NCBI GenBank assembly: GCA_963724095.1
Contig: CAVRTH010000005.1
Coordinates: 906,410 to 970,409, forward strand
Direction of reading: 5' to 3'
Length of the DNA stretch: 64,000 nucleotides
DNA from: an uncultured Chloroflexia bacterium
Lineage (GTDB): Bacteria; Chloroflexota; Limnocylindria; Limnocylindrales; CSP1-4
Made by a program: the position numbers and the translations under genes. Positions 9,129 to 18,439 of this stretch are shown here, one piece after another (the stretch's first letter is position 1; each line of letters opens with the position of its first letter). The notes under the pieces are model-generated. The model did not search any database and had not been told where the DNA came from. It saw nothing but the letters and a program-made list of their open reading frames with translations.

Positions 9129-10060
9129 TCCTGTGCTGCCGGGGGCGCGATGAGCTGACCGTTGTCGAGGAGCACGAACCCGGCCTGCGCAGCGCTCGTC
9201 TCCAGCAGACGCAGGCCCTCCTCGGACCCGGCGATCACGATGGCCTTGGCCACAGCCTCAGCCTCCGAGGCATCCCCCGCGATGACCGTGGCCTGGACCA
9301 CGTCGGTGTCGGCCGCTCGCCCGGTCCGGGGATCGATGAGATGGTGAGCCCAGCCATGCTCCAGCTCCCAGCGGTGCACGGTGGTGCCGGAGGTCGCGAT
9401 ACCGAGGCTGCGGGCAGCGGCAGCGACCGGTGGGGCGATGACGGCGAGATCGCTATCGCTTCGCCGCGGGTCGGCGATGGCCACCGCCCAGTCGTGCTGT
9501 TCGCCCGGGCGCATGGCGACGTCGCCATCGGCGTCGACCATGGCCGATGGATAGCGGCCGAGGAGCGCCAGGGCCCGGTCGGCGATCCAGCCCTTGCCCA
9601 CGCCATCGAGGTCGAAGGCCACGGTACCGGCGCGCCCGACCAGGTGGCGACGTCCATCTCGCTCCAAGCTCCAGCGACCGCCAGCGGCACCCACGACTTC
9701 GCCGCTCTCGGCAGCCAGACGCGCCTCCAGCAATGTGACATCGACGAACCCGTCGGTCATCTCCGATAGCTCCCGGGCACGACCCAGCAGTGCTCCCAGC
9801 GTCGGCCCGACCGAGACGGTCTCGGTGCGGGCTCGATTCAGGGCACACAGCTCCGATCGCTCATCGAAGCGGGTGAGGCGGCTCGCCCAAGCCTGGACGC
9901 GAGCGGCGACCAGTCGCAGGTCGCGGTCCGCTGCATGCTCGGTCCCCCTCGGGGAGGCCACCCGCAGGCCGACGACACCGCCCATCGACCTGAAGGCCAG
10001 CGTCCGCTCCACGAGCGCGTCGGATGCGACTGCTTCCGCCATGCCGCTGCCCGAACTCAT
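9116..10060 (-). CDS. apbE: FAD:protein FMN transferase (ApbE family)
   Basis: 314 aa from ATG 10060: ...FRSMGGVVGLRV...DLDGVGKGWIADRA...IATSGTTVHRW...HLIDPRTGR... The track ORF extension to 11092 is non-coding for this gene. Confidence 0.85.
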   Translation of the reverse strand: MSSGSGMAEAVASDALVERTLAFRSMGGVVGLRVASPRGTEHAADRDLRLVAARVQAWASRLTRFDERSELCALNRARTETVSVGPTLGALLGRARELSEMTDGFVDVTLLEARLAAESGEVVGAAGGRWSLERDGRRHLVGRAGTVAFDLDGVGKGWIADRALALLGRYPSAMVDADGDVAMRPGEQHDWAVAIADPRRSDSDLAVIAPPVAAAARSLGIATSGTTVHRWELEHGWAHHLIDPRTGRAADTDVVQATVIAGDASEAEAVAKAIVIAGSEEGLRLLETSAAQAGFVLLDNGQLIAPPAAQEWLS

Positions 10061-10488
10061 CCTGACTGTCTCGTGCGTGTCACGACCCTGCGTGGCGCCG
10101 GCTGCGGAGCCTGGCGCACCGTGGGCGTGACGCGGCGGATCACGACGCGTGGTGTGGGTGCGGCTTCGCGGATGACCTTGGCACCCTTGGGAGCCTTCTG
10201 GCCCGGCTTGAGCCGAACGTACTTGACGGGTCGCGTTGCTTTGACCCTGGCGGAGGTGGCGGCCTGCGCCGTGGTGGCAGTATCGGCCGTCTCGGGAGTG
10301 GCGGCGACCGGATCGTCGGCGGCGACCGGGAACCGCACCAGGCCCGCCCCGATGACCGTTAGCGCGGCTACGGCGCCGGCAGCGATCATCACACGGGCGG
10401 GACGGGATGATGGCTTTCCCTTGGCTGGCGGACGAGGCCTGACAGTGGTTGAGGCGCGAGGGGTCTCCCCGGGCCCGACGACGGGCAT
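10057..10488 (-). CDS. Hypothetical single-pass membrane protein, Ala/Pro/Thr/Arg-rich (paralog of 10488-10868)
   Basis: 143 aa with TM segment VMIAAGAVAALTVIGAGLV. ATGA overlap with the apbE start. Shares the architecture and the motifs KxxYV..KP and RVVTRTR with the upstream gene. Confidence 0.5.
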   Translation of the reverse strand: MPVVGPGETPRASTTVRPRPPAKGKPSSRPARVMIAAGAVAALTVIGAGLVRFPVAADDPVAATPETADTATTAQAATSARVKATRPVKYVRLKPGQKAPKGAKVIREAAPTPRVVIRRVTPTVRQAPQPAPRRVVTRTRQSG

Positions 10489-10868
10489 CAGTCGTCCTCG
10501 CGTTCCCGCGCGTGCTCGGAGGCCTTCTGGCGTCCCTCGTGGTCGTCGTCATCGCGGAACTCGGCGCGCGTCGTGCGGGTGACACGTGAGCCCGACGACG
10601 CCACCTTCCTGGTTGCGGCCTGCTTCTTGCTCGCCGTCTGCTTCTCGAGCACGATGGTCTTGGGCGAAGGAGCCGGCTTGACGTACACGACCTCTGGCTT
10701 CGATCCGGGATCGATCGCCTGCTCTGCCGTGACCGCGGTATCTGCGGAGGCGGCATCGACAGGCTGACCCGGCTGGGGCACCGGGGCGAACCCCCCGGCG
10801 ACAAGTCCGACGGTAAGGACGACGGTGGCCACGACGCTGGCGGTGATGAGTGCGAGACGCTGGGGCAT
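10488..10868 (-). CDS. Hypothetical single-pass membrane protein with an acidic/basic C-terminal tail (paralog of 10057-10488)
   Basis: Start chosen at ATG 10868 (MPQRLALITASVVATVVLTVGLVAGG...) because GGAGA lies ~7 nt upstream. Its stop shares one base with the next start (TGATG). Confidence 0.5.
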   Translation of the reverse strand: MPQRLALITASVVATVVLTVGLVAGGFAPVPQPGQPVDAASADTAVTAEQAIDPGSKPEVVYVKPAPSPKTIVLEKQTASKKQAATRKVASSGSRVTRTTRAEFRDDDDHEGRQKASEHAREREDD

Positions 10869-11003
10869 CTGGGGTATCTCCATTGGCTGGGAGTTGGATG
10901 AGGCTCGAGTCTGTGCCCGTGCACCCGCTGATGCTTGTGCCCCGCATGAGAGATTCCAAAGAATGGGCTGGGGCCATTGCGCGGGGACGACGAGGGGACG
11001 ACG

Positions 11004-11693
11004 ATGGGCAGATGCGGATACCTGATCGTCGAAGACGAAGAGAAGATCGCCCGGGCCATCGAGCGAGTCCTGACTGCGGAGCGATACGCCACGGACGTGG
11101 CCGGTGACGGCGTCGGCGCGCTGGCGCTGGCCGCCGATCGCGCCTATGACGTGATCCTGATGGATCGCCTGCTGCCCGACCTTGATGGCCTCGAAGTACT
11201 GCGGCTCCTCCGCGCCCGCGGCAACGACACGCCGGTGCTGATGCTGACGGCGCTGGGCACCCTGGACCACCGAGTCGAGGGGCTCGATAGCGGGGCCGAC
11301 GACTACCTGGCCAAGCCCTTCGCGTTCAACGAGCTCCTGGCTCGCATCCGCGCGCTGGCTCGACGCAATCCCGAGCGTTCCGCTGAGACACTGCAGGCCG
11401 GGGACCTCGTGCTCGATCCACTGCGGATGCGGATCGCGGTCGGCTCGCTGGGCGAAGAGCTGTCGGCGAAGGAGTTCGCGCTGTTCGCCTATCTCATCCG
11501 TCACCAGGGCGAGGTCGTCACGCGGCAGCAGATCCTCGATGCCGTCTGGGGCGCTGAACCGGACGTCTACAGCAATGTCGTGGACCTCTACGTCCACTAC
11601 CTGCGGCGCAAGCTCGAGACACTGGGGCGGCGGGGCGTCCTGCGAACCATCAGGGGCGTGGGCTATTCACTGCGCGTGGACGCCGGCACGTGA
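11004..11693 (+). CDS. OmpR-family response regulator
   Basis: Sequence is MGRCGYLIVEDEEKIA...DVILMDRLLPDLDG...KPF...RGVGYSL. GAGGGGA RBS lies upstream of ATG 11004. Confidence 0.9.
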   Translation: MGRCGYLIVEDEEKIARAIERVLTAERYATDVAGDGVGALALAADRAYDVILMDRLLPDLDGLEVLRLLRARGNDTPVLMLTALGTLDHRVEGLDSGADDYLAKPFAFNELLARIRALARRNPERSAETLQAGDLVLDPLRMRIAVGSLGEELSAKEFALFAYLIRHQGEVVTRQQILDAVWGAEPDVYSNVVDLYVHYLRRKLETLGRRGVLRTIRGVGYSLRVDAGT

Positions 11694-11753
11694 GCCGGCT
11701 GCGCCCACCACGCCGATCCCGCCGCAGCACTCCTCTGGCGCACGCGCATACGC

Positions 11754-13037
11754 TTGTCCGCGATCACCCTCGTGATGGTGGCGACGCTGGTGATCATCGT
11801 GGGCGCCACCTCGGCAGTCGTGGCCACCGAGCTCATGCGTGAATCGGTCGACCGGGCTCTCGACGCGGTGGTCAGTGACCCCGTCACCCTGCACGAGCTG
11901 CTGGACGGCGAGAGCCAGTCCGGCTACGCAGGGCCGCTGGGTGTCGCCGACACGTTCGTGATGCTCGTGGACGCTGGCGGCAACGTCTACCGCAGCACTA
12001 CCAACGCCACCTTGCCGGGCATCCCGGACATGGCAGCGCTGGCGGCCGCGGCGGCGGGCGAGGACCGACGGTCAGCCACCTATGGCCAGACGCACCTTCG
12101 ACTGCTCACCAAGCCGTACGTCGCGGCCTCGCTCGAGGACGGTGAGGGAGAGGACCTCGGAACGAGGGCGATGCTGTATCTGCAGGCCGGCCACGACCTG
12201 TCCCTGCAACGGGAGCTGGAGCAACAACTGCTCCTGGCGATCAGCCTCATCGGCCTCATCGGTCTTGCCGGGGCCGTGCTGGTGACACTCTTCGTGACCC
12301 ATCGGGCTCTCGTCCCCATCCGCGAGGCCTTCGACACCGAGCGGCGCTTCGTGGCGGCCGCCTCGCATGAGCTGCGGACACCGGTATCGATCATCCGCGC
12401 CTCTGCCGAGATCCTCGAACGCGAGAACCTGGTGGGAGCGGATGGACGGCCGCTGGTGGAAGACATCGTGTCGGAATCCGACCGCATGGGCCGACTGGTC
12501 GGCGACCTCATGGCCCTTGCCTCGGCTCAGACCGATGCCATCACGATGGACATCCGAGCGCTGGACCTCGGAAGCTACTTCGAAGACATCGTGCGCCGAT
12601 CGGCTTCCATCGCCGCGGCCCGTGGCGTCAGGCTGGTCTCCTCCACATCTGGTCTCGGATCCTACGTAGCAGTGGCCGCCGATCCCGACCGTCTCGATCA
12701 GCTGCTGCTCATCCTCGTCGACAACGCCATCAGGCACTCACCGGCGGAGGGTGCCGTGCAGGTGCGCCTGGTGGTGGATCCGCCCGATCGCATCGCCACC
12801 ATCACCGTCTCCGACGACGGTCCCGGCATCCGGCCAGACGAGATCGAGCGCATCTTCGAGCCCTTCGAGCGCAGCGTGACTTCACGTCGCTCGGGCGAGG
12901 GGGCCGGGCTGGGTCTGGCCATCGCGAGGCAGCTGGCGCAGCGTCAGGACGGGCTGCTCGACGCCCAGAGCGAGCCCGGAAACGGCGCGACCTTCCGGTT
13001 GCGGCTGCCACTCGTGAACGAACCCGGGGGGTCATAG
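11754..13037 (+). CDS. Sensor histidine kinase
   Basis: H-box ASHELRTPVS, N-box DNAIRHSP, G-boxes DDGPGI and GAGLGLAI, with two N-terminal TM segments. The listed start is the first canonical start codon in frame (TTG). The true start may be GTG 11690 with a frame break (see findings). Confidence 0.85.
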   Translation: MSAITLVMVATLVIIVGATSAVVATELMRESVDRALDAVVSDPVTLHELLDGESQSGYAGPLGVADTFVMLVDAGGNVYRSTTNATLPGIPDMAALAAAAAGEDRRSATYGQTHLRLLTKPYVAASLEDGEGEDLGTRAMLYLQAGHDLSLQRELEQQLLLAISLIGLIGLAGAVLVTLFVTHRALVPIREAFDTERRFVAAASHELRTPVSIIRASAEILERENLVGADGRPLVEDIVSESDRMGRLVGDLMALASAQTDAITMDIRALDLGSYFEDIVRRSASIAAARGVRLVSSTSGLGSYVAVAADPDRLDQLLLILVDNAIRHSPAEGAVQVRLVVDPPDRIATITVSDDGPGIRPDEIERIFEPFERSVTSRRSGEGAGLGLAIARQLAQRQDGLLDAQSEPGNGATFRLRLPLVNEPGGS

Positions 13038-13191
13038 GGGTCCTGCCGGGTACAAGCTAGCCAGCGATCGTCGACGTGCCCGGCATGGGGGCATGCGACG
13101 ACCGAGCGATCAGGCCTGGATCCTGGGCCGGTGGGGCAGCCCGGCCATCTTGGGCCTGGCGCGACTGGCGACCGCGCTGATGGCGGCCGGC

Positions 13192-13731
13192 TCACTCCTG
13201 GCCGACTGAGCCACGGGCCAGGAGGCGCCGCTCGAGCGCTCGCATGGCGGTCCCCTCGTGCGGCTCGGCATGGTCCCAGCCGCAGAGGTGCAGGCCACCG
13301 TGGGTGATGAGCAGGCGGAGCTCATCGGCCGGCGCCCAGCTGACGTCGCCGGTCTGGCCGCCGGCGCCGCTGACGGCTTGCTCGATGGCCCGCTCGACCG
13401 AGACGATGATGTCGCCCAGGTGCGGCGGCGCTCCGGGGGGCAGCGCGGAAAGACGTCGGCCGGCTGGCGCGGTCGCGCATCCTGTCCGGGGTGCGGCGGG
13501 AACGCCGATGGCGGCAGCAGCGGGAACGAGAGCACATCGGTCGGCCCGTCCTTGCCCATGTGTGCCGCATTGAGTGCCGCGAGCTCGGCATCGTCGCTCA
13601 GCGTCGATCGAGACCGTGGACTCGGCCGGCGCACCAGCCGCGGTGACGGCCGCCTCGAGGACTTCCCGGCAGCGCTCCTCGGACAGCAATGCGGGCACGC
13701 CAGGACGCGTCACGATCTCGACGTTCACCAC
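13192..13731 (-). pseudogene. ybeY: rRNA maturation RNase YbeY, interrupted by two compensating frame breaks as sequenced
   Basis: The frame of ORF 13192-13860 gives VVNVEIVTRPG...ESTVSI and ...LGDIIVSVERAIEQA...ITHGGLHLCGWDHAEP. The middle part, TLSDDAELAALNAAHMGKDGPTDVLSFPLL, lies in the frame of ORF 13110-13634. Breaks are at ~13603-13610 and ~13435-13480, near a gggggg run. Confidence 0.8.
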
Positions 13732-13747
13732 GACCGGGATGGAGGCC

Positions 13748-15246
13748 TCAAGCGCCCTTCTTCTCGACCGCGCGGCGCGATTCCAGCTCCACGATCTTGT
13801 TGGTGGGATAGGCGATGCGGCGGTGATACATGGCCAGGAGCTGCTCGATGAATGACTCACGGATGCGGTCGAGGTCGCGCAGCGTCAGGTCGCACTCGTC
13901 GAACTGGCCGTCGATAAGCCGGTCGTTGATGATGCGCGAGACCATGGCACGGATGGCCGGCTCATCGTGGCTGGCGAGGGAGCGCACCGATGCTTCCACG
14001 CTGTCGGCAAGCATGAGGATGGCGGCCTCGCGCGTCTGCGGCTTGGGTCCGGCATGGCGGAAGCGACGCTGGTCGACCTTGTCGGCGGCGAGGGTGGCAG
14101 CAGGCGACCCGCCGGCGCCCCCGACTCCTCGGCTGCGATCTGGCGCGCCTTGGCGTAGAAGTAGCCCATGAGCGCCGTGCCGTGGTGCTGCGGGATGTAG
14201 GGGATGAGGGCCTTGGGCAGCTTGTACTGGTAGGCGATGTCGATGCCGCGCGCGACGTGGCCCACGATCATGGCGGCAGACTCCTCGGGCGGCAGGTCGT
14301 CATGGACGTTTTCGCCACCACCCTGGTTCTCGATGAACACCAATGGGTCGTAGAGCTTGCCCACATCGTGGTAGTAGGCCGCCACGCGCGTGACCAGGGC
14401 ATCGGCACCGATCGCCTCCGCCGCCTGCTCGGCGAGGTTCCCCACCATAAGCGAGTGGTGATACGTGCCGGGCGCCTCCAGCAGCAGCCGTCGCAGCAGC
14501 GGCTGGGTGGGATTGGCCAGCTCCAGCAGCTGGTAGGAGGTGGTGATGCCGAAGACCGAACCCAGCAGGGCGAAGGTTCCAGCAGCAGCGATGGACGAGC
14601 CGAAGCCCGCTACCACCGCAGATCCCAGGAGCTGCGCGGTGAGCTGCACGTCGTCGGCACCGACGATGATGGTGAAGGCCAGCACCACGGCGACGTTGGT
14701 CACCGCGATGGCGGCACCTGCCTGGGCGAATTGACTCAGTCGCTCGCCCCGGCCGATGACGATGGTGCCAACGATGCCGCCCAGGAAGGTGTAGGCGGCC
14801 AGGTCCATCGAGCCGGTCACGACCCCGGCCATGATGGCCACCATGGCGGTGACCACGCTGGCGATGCCGGCGTCGAGCAGAACAGCAAGCAGCAACCCCA
14901 CCGCAGCCGTCGGGACGAGATAGGGAACGACGCTGCGGTCGGCGGTGGCCACCATCAGCGCGGTCGCGGTCAGCAACGCGAGTGAGATGAGCAGGATGGC
15001 GTTGTTGCGATGCCAGAGCCGTGAACGGAAGCGCCACAGCCACGCCATCAGCGTGGTCACCACCACGATGGACAGCAGCAGCCAGCCGAGGATGGCCACC
15101 ACGTCACCGATCTCTCTGATGAGGGTGAGGTCATCGAAGGCGAGGACGAAGGTCAACCCTGCCACGAGCAGCGCTGAGATCAGGCCAAGACGTACCGCGT
15201 CACGCCTGGTGAAGGCGAGGATCTGGTACCCCCGGCGTGCCAGCAT
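13748..15246 (-). pseudogene. 7TM-HD (PgpH/YqfF-like) phosphohydrolase, one frame break as sequenced
   Basis: ORF 13885-15246 carries the 7 TM segments and the HD domain (HHSLMVGNLAE...YYHDVGK...QHHGT). The conserved C-terminus FRHAGPKPQTREAAILMLADSVEASVRSL... continues in the frame of ORF 13748-14014. The break is at ~14105-14123 in a G/C run. Confidence 0.8.
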
Positions 15247-15255
15247 GGGCGAACG

Positions 15256-15717
15256 CTACTCGGCCTGCGCGGTCTTGGCCAGCTCCTGATCGACCAGGCT
15301 GCTGACGAGCTTGCCGTCAGCGCGGCCCTTGACGGTGGGCATGAGCTGGCGCATGACTCGCCCCATGTCGCGGGGCGAGCTGGCATCAGTGGCGGCTATC
15401 GCCTCCACTACGCGTCGGCGTAGCTCGTCCTCGCCCAACTGCTCTGGGAGATAGGGGGACAGGACGTCGATCTCGACCTGCTCCTTGTCGGCCAGGTCGT
15501 CCCGACCCGCACCCCGGTAGGCCTCGATCGATTCGCGACGTTTCTTGACCTCTCGGGTGATGACCTCCAGCGCCTCATCGTCGGAGAGCGCTTCGCGCTT
15601 CTCCTTGGCGGCGTTCTGGGCAGCAGCGATGACCATGCGCAAGGTGTCACGTCGTTGCGTGTCGCCGTCGCGCATGGCGCTCTTCATGTCAGCCTGGAGT
15701 AGTTCGGTGAGGCTCAC
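15256..15717 (-). CDS. GatB/YqeY domain protein
   Basis: 153 aa with a GTG start and GAGGGGG upstream: MSLTELLQADMKSAMRDGD...REVKKRRESIEAY... Confidence 0.8.
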   Translation of the reverse strand: MSLTELLQADMKSAMRDGDTQRRDTLRMVIAAAQNAAKEKREALSDDEALEVITREVKKRRESIEAYRGAGRDDLADKEQVEIDVLSPYLPEQLGEDELRRRVVEAIAATDASSPRDMGRVMRQLMPTVKGRADGKLVSSLVDQELAKTAQAE

Positions 15718-15778
15718 CGTGGACCCCCTCTAGGGCAGGTGCAAGGCTCGGTCCTCGTCGAAGGATAGTCACGCGCGT

Positions 15779-15958
15779 CTACTCGCCGCGTGCCGCCTTC
15801 TTCCGCTTCGCTTCCTTGCGCTTGCGCTTGACGCTGGGCTTCTCGAAATGCTCACGGCGTCGCGCCTCGGCGAGGATGCCGCTCTGCTGGATCTTCTTGT
15901 TGAAGCGACGCAGCGCAGCTTCGAACGATTCGTTCTCGCCGACTCTGACTTCTGCCAA
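15779..15958 (-). CDS. rpsU: 30S ribosomal protein S21
   Basis: Hand-translated 59 aa, below the track cutoff: [62 protein letters not shown] start with GGGAGGTGA upstream. Confidence 0.85.
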   Translation of the reverse strand: MAEVRVGENESFEAALRRFNKKIQQSGILAEARRREHFEKPSVKRKRKEAKRKKAARGE

Positions 15959-16218
15959 CTAGGAAATCACCTCCCGCTGGTCTTCATCAGGCCACACTCG
16001 ACCGCCGGGACCAGGACCGACAGGGAGCCTCGCGCAAGGGCTGACCGCGCAAGCAGGCCGGCCCGAAGTGTAGTCGGGCAGCCACCAACCGGTCAAACGG
16101 TGGTGTCAGTCCAGTCGCCCGCGATTTGCGATCGGACGGAACCTTTCGGCACCTGGGCCACTCATGCTGGGCGAATGGGGACGTGGGTGCCCTGGTCGTC
16201 AGATGGAAGGACGGTCTC

Positions 16219-17003
16219 ATGTCGAACGGAGGAGCGAAGAAGGTGCCGAACCTGAAGGCCGCACTCATCCTGGGTGCCGCGGTAGCGTTGCTGATGAGCC
16301 CGGCCGCGGTAGTAGCTGGGACGCAGGAGCGTGCTCGTGATCGTGACGGCGATGGCCTGCCCAACCGGTACGAGCGTCTGCGCACGATGACGCGAGCTCG
16401 CGTTGCCGACACGGACAGAGACGGCATCCCGGATGGGAGGGAGGACCCCGACCACGACAGGCTGACGAACCGCCAGGAGCTCAACCTGCGGACCGATCTC
16501 TTGACGCCGACTCCGACGATGACGGCATCAAGGACGGCAACGAGGACTTCGACAGGGACAGGCTGCCAACCTGGTACGAGCTCCGGATCGGGACCCGGGC
16601 GCGCAACGCGGACAGTGATGGCGACGGCATCCGCGACGGCAGAGAGGACTTCGACGGCGATGGCCTCACGACCCGCCAGGAGTTCCAGCTGCGCACGGAT
16701 CCGCGCAAGGCCGACACCGACGACGATGGCATCCCCGATGGCGACGAGGATCCCGATGGCGACCATCTCACGAACCAACAGGAGTTCCAGCTGCGCCTGC
16801 GCCCACGAGATGCAGACTCCGATAACGACGGCATCCCCGATGGCCGGGAAGACGCCGACGCCGATGGCCTGAGGAATTGGGCCGAATTCCGCTACGGCTG
16901 CGATCCGCAGGACCCGGACTCTGACGGCGATGGCATCAAGGACGGCAAGGAGGATCACGCCGGCAGCGGCGACGGCTCCGGCCCTCGCTGCGATGCCGGC
17001 TGA
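16219..17003 (+). pseudogene. Secreted thrombospondin-type-3-like calcium-binding repeat protein, one frame break as sequenced
   Basis: Signal peptide is MSNGGAKKVPNLKAALILGAAVALLMSPAAVVAG. It is followed by about nine DxDxDG-type acidic motifs, for example DRDGIPDGREDPDHD, DSDGDGIRDGREDFDGD and DSDNDGIPDGREDADAD. The repeats continue without a stop in the -1 frame from ~16498 to TGA 17001-17003. Confidence 0.7.
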
Positions 17004-17090
17004 GACGGTCATTCGTGCCATAGCGACCCCGACGCGCCTGCCCTGCCGCCCCTTGTCAGCGCGGGTGCGTCATGGGCTATCGTTGGCTGG

Positions 17091-17648
17091 ATGACTGGGG
17101 GGCACGCGGATCGTCGGCTTGTGGATGCCGTGCTTGGCGGCGACGATGAGGCGTTCCGTGTGCTGGTCGAACGGGAGTCGGCGAACGTGATCGCGTTGTG
17201 CCGGCGCATGCTGGGTGATCCCCACGAGGCCGAGGACGTGGCGCAGGAGGCGTTCCTGAGAGCGTATCGGTCACTGCCCACGTACCGCGGCGATGGACCC
17301 TTCGGCGCCTGGGTCTGGCGGATCGCCATGCGACTTGCGATCGCCCGCCTGAAGCAGCGACCGCCCGAGCTGCAGGCGGACCCGACCCGCGCGGAGGGCT
17401 GGCTCGTCGACCTCGACCACGATGCCGACCCGGTCCGACGCCTGCTCGGTGAGGAGCAACGAGCAGCCGTCCGGGAGGCGGTCACCAGCTTGCCCGAGGC
17501 CCAGCGCCAGGTGGTATCGATGCGCTTCTTCGCCGACCGCTCGCTGGAGCAGATCTCGTCTGCCACGGGGGCGCCGGTCGGCACCGTGAAGTCGCGCTTG
17601 CACCGCGGTCTATCGACACTCCGCCGGCACCTGGGGCCGACACGATGA
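17091..17648 (+). CDS. ECF-type RNA polymerase sigma-70 factor
   Basis: Region 2 is DVAQEAFLRAYRSL and region 4 is RQVVSMRFFADRSLEQISSATGAPVGTVKSRLHRG. Confidence 0.85.
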   Translation: MTGGHADRRLVDAVLGGDDEAFRVLVERESANVIALCRRMLGDPHEAEDVAQEAFLRAYRSLPTYRGDGPFGAWVWRIAMRLAIARLKQRPPELQADPTRAEGWLVDLDHDADPVRRLLGEEQRAAVREAVTSLPEAQRQVVSMRFFADRSLEQISSATGAPVGTVKSRLHRGLSTLRRHLGPTR

Positions 17649-18370
17649 GCCGCTACCCGCAGCCCGACCGACCCCAGCGACCGCCACTCGCGCTCGGCTT
17701 CAGCGACCGCGTGATGGCGCAGGTCGCTGCGGAACCCCGGCCCACGCCAGCGCGCGTAGTGGTCCGCTCCGCACTACGGCTGCAGCTCGGCGACGCTTGG
17801 TCAGCGCTGGCCACCGCGGCACACCTCGCCTTCGGGCGAACCGGACCCATCCCGGCACTGGTGCGGATGCAATCACTGGTACTACTGCTGGCGTTCACGG
17901 TAGCCCTCGGTGCGGGCAGCACGTTGGCAGCAGCCGGTGCCATAGGCGTCATCGAGAGCCAGAACGGGCCGCTCCGGGTCGACCGCCCGCTGGTCCTACC
18001 CCCGGCGAGTCCCAGCCCCCGTGCGAGCGTGCCTCCGCGTCCGACACCGCCACCGGCGGAGACCGGGCTATCGAACACCCAGGAACGTTCCGATGCAGGG
18101 GACGCCGGGCGACCACGCGACGGCCAGACCCGCGATGGCCAGAAGAAGGTTCCGCCGCAGCCCCAGCAGAAGAAACAGGCCCCGAAGTCCAGCAACAGGC
18201 AGCAGCAGCCCAGCGTTGCCTCTCCGGGGGACAGAGCGAGTTCGCGTGACGGCGGCCAGGCGAGAGACAGCCGCGCCGGGCCGGCGTCGCCGAGGGCGCC
18301 CGAGCCCGCGGCGAAGGGCGGCAGCGGGCCTGTGCGGGACCAGGAGCCGGGTTCGGACCGCGGCTCCTGA
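17645..18370 (+). CDS. Putative membrane-spanning anti-sigma factor with a Pro/Gln/Arg-rich extracytoplasmic tail
   Basis: ATGA overlap with the sigma gene. Central TM segment is LVLLLAFTVALGAGSTLAAAGAIGV. The call rests on position and topology only. Confidence 0.5.
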   Translation: MSRYPQPDRPQRPPLALGFSDRVMAQVAAEPRPTPARVVVRSALRLQLGDAWSALATAAHLAFGRTGPIPALVRMQSLVLLLAFTVALGAGSTLAAAGAIGVIESQNGPLRVDRPLVLPPASPSPRASVPPRPTPPPAETGLSNTQERSDAGDAGRPRDGQTRDGQKKVPPQPQQKKQAPKSSNRQQQPSVASPGDRASSRDGGQARDSRAGPASPRAPEPAAKGGSGPVRDQEPGSDRGS

Positions 18371-18439
18371 CGACGCCCTCCGTCGAGCCCACGACCGCGC
18401 CACCAAGCCAGGTTGGCGTGATTCGACAGTACGGCTACT

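Noticed and set aside
10057-10868. ApbE flavinylation motif in the two small membrane proteins (SSGSR; C-terminal RQSG)
   Set aside because: Neither sequence matches the established [ST]-G-A-[ST] motif context, so I do not call them flavinylation substrates.
9116-11092. 658-aa minus-strand ORF taken as one protein
   Set aside because: Only the last 314 aa are ApbE. The upstream part overlaps two better-supported small genes in other frames, plus the divergent promoter and the start of the response-regulator gene.
13110-13634. 174-aa ORF as an independent gene
   Set aside because: Its N-terminal third is the displaced middle segment of ybeY (TDVLSFP motif). The remainder is frame noise.
16330-16960. 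CRISPR-like or other non-coding repeat array. The same question applies to 60657-60755.
   Set aside because: The periodic repeats are in-frame coding repeats (TSP3-like units; the S20 tail). They have no spacer structure.
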